The notes beneath the pieces were generated by a model. That model was not told where the DNA came from. It saw only the letters and a list, made by a program, of their open reading frames with translations, and made no database searches. Below, piece by piece: positions 1 through 11,286 of a DNA stretch of 64,000 bases. The stretch comes from Octopus vulgaris (Eukaryota). Every line of letters begins with the position of its first letter. Position 1 is the first letter of the stretch. The stretch covers positions 92,194,001-92,258,000 of the forward strand of contig OX597821.1 of assembly GCA_951406725.2 (NCBI GenBank), in the 5' to 3' direction. The position numbers and the translations under genes were made by a program.

Positions 1-11
1 CTATATTTTAC

Positions 12-84
<73 letters not shown>

Positions 85-92
<8 letters not shown>

Positions 93-592
93 ATTGAATA
101 AGGGTAGAAATTGATATTAATCAATTAAAACCAGTGGCCTAGCATTTTAAAAAAATCCGAAGTTTAAAATATTTTTAACATACAAAATTTGATGGACTGA
201 TCACTAAAAGGGGACGGTCAATATGCTAGATATAGACGTCAAAATCGCTATTTTCCACGAAGAATGTGTTCTCAAGAAAAAACTCAGCACAAAACCAAAG
301 TGTAAAAAATAAGCAAGACAAATGAAAATATACGAAATAAAAACGATTACCTATGTACCGATCAGTTTCACTTGTTAATATTCACGTATATGCATTCGCG
401 AAAATCTGCAAGCTCATCAGCATAGTCTGTCGTATACAAACGTAATTTCCAGAACTAGATACATAACGTTTGACCGGAGTCCCGCATGCATAGAGTTCAG
501 CAAATTATATTTATGTGTGTCTTTCAAATGCATTCACTTTGGCGCGCTGAGATCGGAAATCTACCCTGCAGCTAATAAATTACAGCAGTCAA
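85..592 (-). mobile_element. Non-coding PLE/retrozyme-like repeat (family A) embedded in (TA)n, carrying a hammerhead motif
   Basis: Flanked by (TA)n on both sides. Shares colinear blocks (atatgctaga, gttctc..gaaaaa.tcagc, gcaagacaaatgaaaat, tggcgcgct, ctgcag) with 52960-53375. Confidence 0.6.
351..425 (-). ncRNA. Type I hammerhead ribozyme motif with extended helix II
   Basis: Minus strand: CUAUG-CUGAUGA-GCUUG[insert]CAAGU-GAAA-CUGAUCGG-UA-CAUAG. Helix I CUAUG/CAUAG, near-palindromic helix III, predicted cleavage after GUA (356/355). Confidence 0.8.
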
Positions 593-1542
593 TATACATA
601 TATATACATATATATATATACATATATATATGTATGTATATATTATAGTATACACTAACTTGGTATCTATGTCAATAAAATATTTCCAATTGCGTGTTTT
701 TTGCTTAAAATTTTGCAATCTTTTAAAATCAACTTCCATTAAACTCCAGCAGGGCTGCAGTCCAGTGACTAAAACCAAGAAGAAAGAAGCAAAAGATTTT
801 TTCCGATACAGTATATAGTTAGTGTGTTGTATTTGGTAACATTTTGTAAACAATCTGTTTACATTGAGGTGTCTGTAACTTCCATTAAATTAGATCATTT
901 GCGAGTGTCATAAAGGCATTAGAATGTAGAAATTTACCTTCATTTATGTGATTTGTGCAAGGAGTTCCACTTAATTGGAAAACTCGTTATTGGTCTAATA
1001 ACATCTTAATTGACTTTGATGTTCACATCCCTAGCTTTGTAGAGTTATTTTCCTTTGGTGACAGATGTTGGTATGTGTATCAGTAGATGCATGTTTACTC
1101 TCTCTCTCTCTCCCTCTCTCTCACACACACACATACACATGCACTTACACATCAATTTTTACAAAGTTAAGGTTGACAGTGTCTTTGAAGTTTCAGCTTA
1201 TTTGCAGTCATAATAAATATGTACTCAACTAAAATGCATTGAGAAATCTTTCAGTTTAATGTTAAATTGTGTTTATACGTAATTACAGATAAAACCAAGC
1301 ATTAATATGCACATACATACACACAGACACACACGCACACAAACACGCGCATGCACACATGCAGGCACGCACATGCACACGCATACACACATACATCATC
1401 AATGTTGTAACATTTACATATTCATGCTTGCATGGATCAGACTGTGTGTGCAAGTATATGTGCATATGTGTGTGTGTGTGTGTGCGTGCATAAATACATG
1501 TCTTTTCTTGTATCATCTTCATATTCACTTTTCTACGTTTAC

Positions 1543-1644
1543 CTGTGTCAGACAAAATTCCTTCAAGCAGATCTTCCATTTTTCCATACTCTTCCTGTTG
1601 CTCACACTCATTGGTTTCCATGCAAGCTGATATTTCTTCGTTTC
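1543..1644 (-). CDS. Candidate internal coding exon (102 nt, phase 1-1), acidic peptide NEEISACMETNECEQQEEYGKMEDLLEGILSDT; host gene unknown
   Basis: Minus-strand acceptor tatttgtgtctaaag|g and donor cacag|gtaaac. Length is a multiple of 3, the frame is open, and the sequence is non-repetitive. The AAG acceptor is weak. Confidence 0.4.
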
Positions 1645-2149
1645 CTTTAGACACAAATATCAGAATACCCAGATGTGTATTCCAGCAAGATTGCAAATAA
1701 ACGTCATCACTTGGCTTAGTTTGTACTGGAATTATAGAAGACATGCTCAAAGTAGCATACAGTTTGACGAGCTCTGAGACCACATGATTGCAAATGAACT
1801 AACAAGTCCCACAGTCATGCCTATGTATATCATATTTTTATGTGAGAGTATGTGTCTGTGTGTGTGTGTGTGTGTGTATACAAATGGGAGTTCGGAGGGA
1901 TATATCATGTAGGCAGATACCGTGGTGGCTCAAAAGAACTAGGAGCCCTGTGAAAACACTAACGTCAAATTTGACCTAATTAGATCGAACCCGGACTTCG
2001 AACAGCAACTGGTGTGAATTTGAGGCTAACAGCACAAGCCTACAAACGGATCAGATGTCAGTTTCAAAACTACAACCCCACCTTTCCCGGACCCTAACTA
2101 ACAAAAAACTAACTCCACTCCGTTCATATCGTAATTAGTCAAATGGATA

Positions 2150-2234
2150 GATCCTGAAAAAAGCTGCACCGAAAATTGTACCAGGCTGCATCAGCAGTTG
2201 CTCGTAATCGGTACAATGGAAACACGTGTAGGTC
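2150..2234 (+). ncRNA. Degenerate hammerhead motif (G8 to A) within a repeat at about 1880-2330
   Basis: GAUC-CUGAAAA...AUUGUACC..GGUACAAU-G-GAAA-CACGUG-UA-GGUC. Helix I GAUC/GGUC, palindromic helix III. Confidence 0.45.
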
Positions 2235-2326
2235 CATAATAATATGGTGTATAAAATTGTGAAATAGGAGGAAATACATTTTGAGGATGAACAAATCTCC
2301 ATGTTCAGCATCGTTATAATTATTGC

Positions 2327-2363
<37 letters not shown>

Positions 2364-2407
2364 TTGCATACATATGTGTGTGTGCGTATGTGTGTGCGTG
2401 TTTGTGT

Positions 2408-3082
2408 TAGGACTGTCTCTGCACAGGAGTCATCTGGACTCTCGCTTTCGTCATGAACAAGAATTAATCTTCTCCCTTCGTTCCTTTGTGCCTCATGGAC
2501 TCAACTCACTATTTCTCTTCAACTGACCCCATCTCACACAGATTCACACACGCCTCCCATATTCACCTGCCTCTCCCCTCCACCTACAGACCTGCATACC
2601 GCCTACTTCTTTACCACCATCACACTCACACCCCTATACAAACATCCATACACACTGTTCAACTCATGACTCACTTCCCAGACCATTACACACACACACA
2701 CACAGAGGTCCATATATTTTTCAGCTCGCTCACACATATTCATACACTCACCCCCATTCACACACACACACCATTCCTACATACACACACGCTCAAGAGA
2801 ATAAATTCGCTCGGCCGATTCACTGTAACTATCTCTCTTTCATTCAGACTTCTGGCTATATCGTCATGTTGACTCGTTAATCGTTAACAAATTCGTTTTC
2901 TCTCCCCACTTTTTTTTTCATTCTCTCTCCTTTTTATGTTCCTTTTAATCCTTTCTGCCGAAGAGCGTAGGCTTGAAACATAAAAAGCTTTTCCATTCTT
3001 GCCAAGCATTAAACTAATACGCCTGCTTGTTGTTCCTACACCTATCTTCGTCTTTTGTTCTCTGTAAATTTGAATAATATAT
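2408..3082 (+). mobile_element. 3' fragment of Penelope-like element (end of GIY-YIG ORF, 3' UTR, pLTR with decayed minimal hammerhead at 2951-2986)
   Basis: HEQELIFSLRSFVPHGLN matches the ORF end at about 10340-10410; terminal segment matches 10840-11020. Confidence 0.75.
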
Positions 3083-3232
3083 ATGTCTCTTCTGATTTTT
3101 AGGTATTCTAAATCGTCCACTGAGAGGGAACCGGTTTCTAACAAGGATGCATGCATGTATGTATGTATTTTTGTATCTATCTATCTATACACACGCACAC
3201 ATATACAGTGTATATCGTCAGTGTATCATATA

Positions 3233-3462
3233 TATTTCTTTACTACCCACAAGGGGCTAGACATAGAGGGGACAAACAAGGACAGACAAAGGGATTGAGT
3301 CGATTACATCGACCCCAGTGTGAAACTTGTACTTTATTTATCGACCCCGAAAGGATGAAAGGCAAAGTCGACTTGGCAGAATTTTAACTCAGAACGTAAC
3401 GACAAACGAAATACCGCTAAGCATTTCGCCCGGCGCGCTAAAGTTTCTGCCAGCTCGCCGCC
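3233..3462 (-). mobile_element. SINE family B (about 230 bp, tRNA-like head, central gcctttcatcctttcggggtcgataaa domain)
   Basis: Near-identical to 32171-32397 and 36088-36308. Confidence 0.85.
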
Positions 3463-3540
3463 TATAACCGCAAAAGAAGCAAACTGTAAAATATAGAACA
3501 TTAATGTATTTAAATGCAGTTAAATATATGTCCAGTCATA

Positions 3541-3667
3541 GACCGACCAATGGTTTCGCATCCATAGAGCATATAGTTTTATGGATGACTTGTCAACCTC
3601 TAATTTCTGCCAAGTCCTACATAAAGACTGACGAGTCGTCCATAAAGCTTTGCGCTTTATAGATATA
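3541..3667. ncRNA. Decayed inverted pair of hammerhead motifs
   Basis: Minus 3541-3598: UUGACAA-GUCAUCCAUA..UAUGGAUGC-GAAA-CCAUUGG-UC. Plus 3628-3667: CUGACGA-GUCGUCCAUAAAG, truncated. Helix I is not intact. Confidence 0.45.
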
Positions 3668-3668
3668 G

Positions 3669-4133
<465 letters not shown>

Positions 4134-4214
4134 TGTGTGTATGTGTATGTGTGTATGATTATGCATGTTTATATGTTACAATGTACTTTACATATATAAT
4201 ATATTTCTTACATC

Positions 4215-4268
<54 letters not shown>

Positions 4269-5299
4269 CATGTATGTATATCAGTATAGAGTGGCATGTC
4301 AAAAAAAATATTTTATGAGTATATGCATAGATATCAACGCAAACATTTTAAGCTTCTGATTCACACCATTGCTACTCCAAGTTTCCTACCTTTAAATACT
4401 TCATTCGTGTGATATAAAGAAGCATGAAGAGTTAGAAGACTTGTCATATCACAAAAATAAATAACCAAAAGTAATGTATTATCAGCTTGGAATGAATAAA
4501 TAAACTTCACATGTATCGTATGTTTTTTTCTTCTGCTCGTACACTCAAACACATGCAAATACATGCACATAAATATAAGCAAATACGTTTATAAAAGTGA
4601 ATGGGTTTTATAAAAGAATATGAAAAATGCCAGAAGAGCGAATCATGTTGAACAATAAATACGGTTTGCCTCATATACGAATGCCAGAGATATACAGAAA
4701 TGGACAACTTGATATAACTAAAACTATATGTAGATATACACCTCTTGAAAAATGTATGCCAAATTCGTACACAATTTTGTATACAAAGATACATTATACA
4801 TATCCCATAAGTCTCACATAGATCAAAGACTTTGGATGTCTATATAATAAGATGCTGCAAGGGGATTTAAATAAGCAAGGTCTTGGTCTAAATAGTGATG
4901 ATTATTTCTCTTGAATGATGACAAATGTAATTCTTCAAGTAATCCAAATAACTCATATTCAAGAAAAGACTATCTAGATCCTTAAAATCATTGACGATGT
5001 GAAATATCAAGGTATGGTCATTCATAAACAAATTAGAAACCTCGAAAGAACAGGTATGTAAGTATACATGTATGTAAGGTACAAAGTTGGCAGAATCGTT
5101 AGCATTCCAGACAAAATACCTAGCAGTATTTCAATTGTCTTTACGTTCTGAGTACACATTCTGCCAAGATCGACCTTGCATTTTATCCTTTTGGGGTCAC
5201 TGAAGCAAGTACCAGTCAAGCAGTGATACTTAAATAATCGACTTGTCTTCTTCTTCAAATTTTCGGGCCTTGTGCCTATTGCCAGAAGGAATGAGTTTA

Positions 5300-5520
5300 A
5301 ACGTCACGTCTCTGGCCAACTACGTATGGCATTTAAAAGAGGTAGATACATCATACGGAATTAAATGGAGGATCCTACAACCACTGGAGCCATACCTCAA
5401 TAGAAGCAAACTGAATGAGAAAGTGTAAGGAAAAAGTCACTTGACTCGGAAACCTTTTTAAACTCCAAAAAAGAGATGTTTAGTCAGTGTCCTCATCAGA
5501 TGAAACTCATGCTGGATACT
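5300..5520 (+). mobile_element. Remnant of PLE GIY-YIG endonuclease C-terminus (different PLE group from 9120-11020)
   Basis: TSLANYVWHLKEVDTSYGIKWRIL..PY followed by LNSKKEMFSQCPH-like motif. Confidence 0.6.
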
Positions 5521-5822
5521 TGGAATTCCCGACTTGACGACTAAGGAAATGCTATCGGCTTCAGGTGTCTCTAGCAGAGACCGTGAATATAATCCGCCCA
5601 CGCTTTTACCAGTAGAGTTTCGTTCTGGAATATTTTTGTTTACAAAATTAACTGACCATGACGTTTTCCTCCTTCCAGTGCCTCAAGCCTTTTGAGTTTG
5701 ACAAGTCAATTATGTAAGCAAATGATCACTCTCTGACTACTTTTACAAACAACTTTCTAAATATATATACATATATATATACACTCAGACATGTATGTAT
5801 GTATGTATACACATACATACGC

Positions 5823-6042
5823 ACCAATGCCTTGTGAGTGGATTTGGTAGACGGAAACTGAAAGAAGCCCGTCGTATATATGTATATATATATATGTATG
5901 TGTGTGTATATGTTTGTGTGTCTAGCATTGCTTGACAACCGATGCTGGTGTGTTTACGTCCCCGTCACTTAGCGGTTCGGCAAAAGAGACCGATAGAATA
6001 AGTACTGGGCTTACAAGTAAAGGAATAAAAGAATAAAAGAAT
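5823..6042 (+). mobile_element. SINE family A, 5'-truncated
   Basis: Matches the 3' two-thirds of 16662-17086, with internal deletions. Confidence 0.8.
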
Positions 6043-6740
6043 ATATATAGATATTACATTTATCACCCCTCCACACACACACACACATACAATTTGCAAA
6101 TCTCTGGACTAGAGATGGCTAAAAATAGTACAGGGATATACTTTACCTCAAATGGTGATGCCACAATCTGAACACCAATTTTCTATTTCTTAACTGCACA
6201 TATACCTGTATATCCAAGTTGTAGTGCTGAAAATGATACTTATGACATGTACAGGCTTGGACAAATGGACACAGCATTATGATAATAGATGTATGTATAT
6301 ACACACAAACACTATTGTGCATGTACACCTATAGACTCATACCAACACAGAAGTGAACATGGCCATATTTAGAACCATTGAAACACCAAGATTCCACACG
6401 TAGAGGCTCATTTTCTCACATAAACATACAGAGTATTTCGCTTTTCTCTAGCAACTTCATACAGAAAGATATAAAAAAAACCTAAAGAATTCTACACAAA
6501 CACCATAAATATATCACAAACAAAACAGACTGATGCGTTTATGTATCCCCTCCCTCAAAACGAACATGCACCGACACAGATCACACACACACACATATAT
6601 ATCTATATATGTGTATGTATGGATGTATGTATATGTATATACATATACACGCATATATACATATATATGTGTGTGTCTATATACATATGTATATAATGTA
6701 TATATTTATATATATATGTATATATATATAAATATATTTG

Positions 6741-6807
<67 letters not shown>

Positions 6808-7511
6808 GTATATATGTGCATGCATACAAAGAATAATCTGTTATGTAATCACACCCACACACAAACAAGCACGCATTGAAATACCTGAGAATCTTTTGCA
6901 CTCGTTCAACTTTCTTTTACTATCTGTATGTCTGACTTCATAGATTTACCTGTATAGTCTGCTTCTTCATTCTATTTCCTATTCATCTATCACAAATACC
7001 TACCTCATACCTACCTATTCATCTGTTTGTGTTTGTTTATATGTACAAGTGAAAAGTTACTTATTAATTACTGCGTTTCTTTGTGATATTTTGTTTCTTA
7101 GCCTGAGCTGCCATCACACATGTTACCAACTGTTATAGCGCTATATCTAATTTTTGACATTCTTTTTTCTCTCTATCATGTGTAAGAATTCCGTTGCATG
7201 TCAAAGAAGTTCAGAAAACATCTCTTCTATACATAAGTGTGTGTGTATGTCTCTCTCTCTCTCTCTCTCTCTGTGTTAGTGCACGTGCACGCAAACATAG
7301 CTGTGTGGCTAGGAATTTTGCTTCCAAACCACGTGACTTCAGGTTCAGTCCCATTTCATGGACCACGGGTAAGTGTCATCAATTATAGCTCTAGGGAGAA
7401 TAAAGCCTTTTGAGTGAATTTCACAAACAAAAATTGACAGACACTCTTCATTTATGCAATAGAAATATATATGTATGTGCGTGCGTGCATATATATATAT
7501 ATATATATATA

Positions 7512-7886
7512 CTAGCAGTATCGCCCGGCGTTGCTCGGGTTTGTAAGGGAAATAACTATAAAGCATTTTTAGAGAGTTATAGCCAAAAAAATGGAAAAAA
7601 AATTATGGTAATTTTTTTTTTGAGAGTTAAAACGGCCGAGTTGCGTCCCCTAGACAGTCTGTGGTTTGTGTTTCTGATTCTCGACCCCATGTCGAATTTA
7701 TCGATTTTTCTCAGAACTGGGGGAACTTTTCAAAATTTTCTCTGCGTTAGTTTTGAATTATGACATTGGGCTATGTGTGTGTTAAGTTTCATCAGAATCG
7801 GTTGAAAGCCGTGGTCAGAGTGAGGGTACGAGAAAACAGACACACAGAAACACACACAGACAAACTGCCGTTTATATAGAGAGAGA
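7512..7886 (-). mobile_element. Non-autonomous Helitron
   Basis: Minus strand starts TC(tctctctatataaa) and ends with hairpin cccgagcaacgccggg and CTAG; 3' end shared with 22346-22636. Confidence 0.75.
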
Positions 7887-8002
7887 TATATAAATTCGGG
7901 GTGAGTACTTGATAATTATAAGCACCTGTGTATACCGTTTGGTGGTGTAGGTGGTGGAGTAAATTGATCAAAATAAAATAAAAACATGATGCGAAGGATT
8001 CA

Positions 8003-8080
8003 GCGGTACATATGTTTCGGGCCTTTATTAGACAGATTTATAACAATGCATAATGTATTTCTGTGGCCCTCTTCAGCCGC
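8003..8080 (-). ncRNA. Type I hammerhead ribozyme motif, canonical core
   Basis: GCGG-CUGAAGA-GGGCC[insert]GGCCC-GAAA-CAUAUG-UA-CCGC. Confidence 0.85.
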
Positions 8081-8248
8081 GCACAACAGCTTCCGCAAGG
8101 ACATGTGTTACATCAAAAATTCTTGGTTGGGGATGCAAATCCTCTCATTCACGTACGACATAATGCGGCAGCAGCATAGAATTGAAGCGTCCATCTCTTT
8201 CTTCGAGAATTTTTGATGTAACACATGTCCTTGCGGAAGCTGTTGTGC

Positions 8249-8326
8249 GCGGCTGAAGAAGGCCACAGACATACATTATGCATTGTTATAAATCTGTCTA
8301 ATAAAGGCCCGAAACATATGTACCGC
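8249..8326 (+). ncRNA. Type I hammerhead ribozyme motif (mirror copy, first helix II pair A-C mismatch)
   Basis: GCGG-CUGAAGA-AGGCC[insert]GGCCC-GAAA-CAUAUG-UA-CCGC; predicted cleavage at 8322/8323. Confidence 0.8.
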
Positions 8327-8386
8327 TGAATCCTTCGCGTCATGTTTTTATTTTATTTTGATCAATTTATATATATATATATATAA

Positions 8387-8590
8387 GTCTATCAGTCGCC
8401 ATGATAGATCGTTAGCCACTACACACATTATTTTCTCTCCTTGTTTTTTCTGGGTCCCTTTCTGTAGAAGAGCGTAGGCTGGAAACGTAAATGACTTTTT
8501 CTATTCTTGAGCGTTATACTAATACATCTGTTTGTTTTGTACACCACCTGTCTTTGTCTTTTGTTTTGTTTTTTTCGTAAAATCTCCCGA
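8387..8590 (+). mobile_element. PLE pseudo-LTR with variant minimal hammerhead (8457-8494)
   Basis: Homologous to 10835-11020 and, inverted, to 14060-14145; flanked by (TA)n. Confidence 0.7.
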
Positions 8591-8666
8591 TATATATATA
8601 TATATATATACATGTATATATTTATACATATATGAATGAAGATGTCATTCATATATATATATATAC

Positions 8667-8972
8667 ATTTTTATTTTTTTATTTTATTTAGTTTCAGCTC
8701 ACAAGCTGTGGCCATGCTGGGGCACCGCCATTTAGTGTTGCTACATGATTTTACTTCACGAATGCTTTTTAGCAAATGCCATCTGGTGCATGAGAGAGTT
8801 CGATGCAGCTGCCCTCATCTGCACCTCCTGCCGTGAAGTTGGTTCATCTGGGACACCTGACAAGAAGAGATCCAGTTTCATTTTAAAGGCATCTGCATCC
8901 AACCCCATGCAGGTCTCTCAGGTTCTCCGGGAGGATTTTGAAGAGCTGTGGGCCTCGGAAGCCCAGGCTATA
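8667..8972 (-). mobile_element. 3' end of a non-LTR retrotransposon (CR1/Jockey-group-like ORF2 C-terminus)
   Basis: SLGFRGPQLFKILPENLRDLHGV..FKMKLDLFLSGVPDEPT, then 3' UTR and A-rich tail. Confidence 0.7.
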
Positions 8973-8986
8973 TAAATAAATAGATG

Positions 8987-9057
<71 letters not shown>

Positions 9058-9119
9058 TGATAGATGCATATGTACATGTGTTAATATGCGGATGTATAGA
9101 TATCCATGTATAAATATGT

Positions 9120-11020
9120 GTGGCTGAACTTGTTCTCTCCCTTAACTGCTTCTCGTTTGTCGGGTAGTTTTACCAACAGATCTCGGGAATGGCTATGGGA
9201 ATGAGAATGGGCCCCAACTATGCGAACCTGTTCGTTGGTTACATTGAGGTCCAAATATTTTCACGATTCACTGGTCCCACTCCCGAACTATACGGTCGTT
9301 ATGTTGATGACAGTATCGATGCGACCTCGCTCTCCCGTGAACAACTAGACTCCTTCCTCTCTTTTATTCAATCCTTCCATCCTGCCCTCGATGGATTTCC
9401 AAAACTTCAGTCGCCTTTCTCGACATTTCGGTGAACATACGCAACTCACACCGACTCACACTCATACCTCAACTTCTCCTCCCCTACCCTACTCGCACCA
9501 AGCTCTCCATCTGTGCAGGTATGAGTGTAACTCGTTGTGTTTGTAGTGTATGGAGGTAATGAGAGTTGAGCTGTGTTTGTTAAACAAAATGTCGAGAAAG
9601 GCGACGGAAGTTTTGGAAATGGTGCAGGAGAATTCGAGGGCAGGATGGAAGGAGTGACAACCATGACTTTGAGACTCAGTCTCAACTCGTGGCTTGCCCC
9701 TTCATTCATTCTTCGTGGATATCCCATCACTACTATCCACACCACCCTTGCCAGAGCACATTCAGTGGACCATGCCACTGCTCTCTCTCCTCGCAACTGC
9801 TTCTCCATTACCCATCCCCCATTCCCCTCACCTACTACTCCTCCATCCCGCCCCTCAACGCACCATTCTCTGAGTCTTCCAGTGACCCCAGTTCGACCCC
9901 TCTACTTTGCACATCTTCCCCAACCTACCCCTTCCCACCTTAAAACGAGCCCACAACCTACATGATATCCTGGTCCAAAGTTTCTTCCTTAACCCCACCT
10001 CCCAATCTGGCTCGTTCCTCTGCGCCTATTCATGCTGCCGCACTTACACCTAACTCTCCAGCACTACCATCTTTGCAGGCACCCATCATCGTCCTTATCA
10101 TATCACTGACTCCTTTACCTGCACTTCTATCAACGTCATTTACTGCATCTCCTACTCTTTGTGTCCTTGTAAGTTGGTCAAACTGGACGCCGCTTGGCTG
10201 ACCAGTTCGCGGAGGACCTCTGAGATATTAGAGTTGGTAGTGAGACCCCAGTCTCACGCTATTTCCGCTCTACCGGCCATTCATTACAACACCTGTCTAT
10301 GTTCAGACACAGGGGCCATCCGGATTCTCACCTTCGCCGTGAACAGGAATTAATTTTCTCTCTTCGTTCCTTTGTGACACACGGGCTCAACTCTCCTTCC
10401 CTTTTCATCTGACCGCCCTCCTCTCCTCTCTTCATCTGACACCTACTTGCTCTCTTCCCTCCTACCCACCTTCTCCTTTCGTTGATAACCCCTCCATCCA
10501 TACTCCACTCCCACACATCCTACTCCCACACACCTCAACGCTACCCCCACATCCTCAACCTAAACCTACACCCAACACCGCCACATTACATCACACCATC
10601 CCACACCACTCTGCACACACTAGCACTGACCACTTCCCAGCACCCACACCATCATCCTCACACCTACACATTACAGACGCACACATTTACACACGCACAC
10701 ATGCACACGTCAGTCACCAGCCCCTATCCACACATTCTCACATACACACACGCACACGCACCTTCATTTCGGGATAACCAGTACTTTTATATCTCCCCTT
10801 CTTCCTATCTCTCCTGTCTAACTACCTTTGTCCAACCAGTCGCCATGATTGACCGCTAAATCTATTTTCTCTCTGTTTATTTCCTCGTGTTCCTTTCTGT
10901 TGAAGAGTGTAGGTTCGAAACGTAAAAGACTTTCTCACCTTCCCGAGTGTCAATATAATACACTTGCTTGTTGTTTATACACCTGTCTTCATCTTTTGTT
11001 TTTCTGTAAATTTCAACTAT
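9120..11020 (+). mobile_element. 5'-truncated, decayed Penelope-like element (RT + GIY-YIG, Neptune-like) ending in a pLTR
   Basis: GMAMGMRMGPNYANLFVGYIE..YGRYVDD RT core; FTCTSINVIYCIS..GQTGRRLADQFAE endonuclease. Frameshifts and stops; internal inverted duplication at 9513-9658. Confidence 0.9.
10893..10928 (+). ncRNA. Minimal hammerhead-like motif with non-canonical position 6
   Basis: CUUU-CUGUUGA-A-GAGU GUAG GUUC-GAAA-CG-UA-AAAG. Confidence 0.55.
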
Positions 11021-11142
11021 GTAATGCTTTTTTAAATTTTATATCAGTGTTGTATTGTAATTAATCTTTCTCTGATTTTCTATAATTTGACTCTCACTTC
11101 TCTCACTCAGCTCTCACCTCTTTTGACATAAGCACCACTCCA

Positions 11143-11175
<33 letters not shown>

Positions 11176-11286
11176 GGAGTGGTGCTTATGTCAAAACCAT
11201 TGTGAGAGAAAAAATATGGAACACAGACGTTAAATGATGATGATGATGATGAATACAAAATAATGCAGATAAAATGTCCAGGGAGG

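Larger units (their letters stand above)
7960..8369. repeat. Long inverted repeat (arms about 166 bp, spacer about 78 bp), each arm holding a hammerhead motif
   Basis: 7960-8125 is the reverse complement of 8204-8369 with only a few mismatches. Confidence 0.95.

Noticed and set aside
5694-5735. Possible hammerhead (ttgacaa..aaatgatca) downstream of the GIY-YIG remnant
   Set aside because: No GAAA and no convincing helix II.
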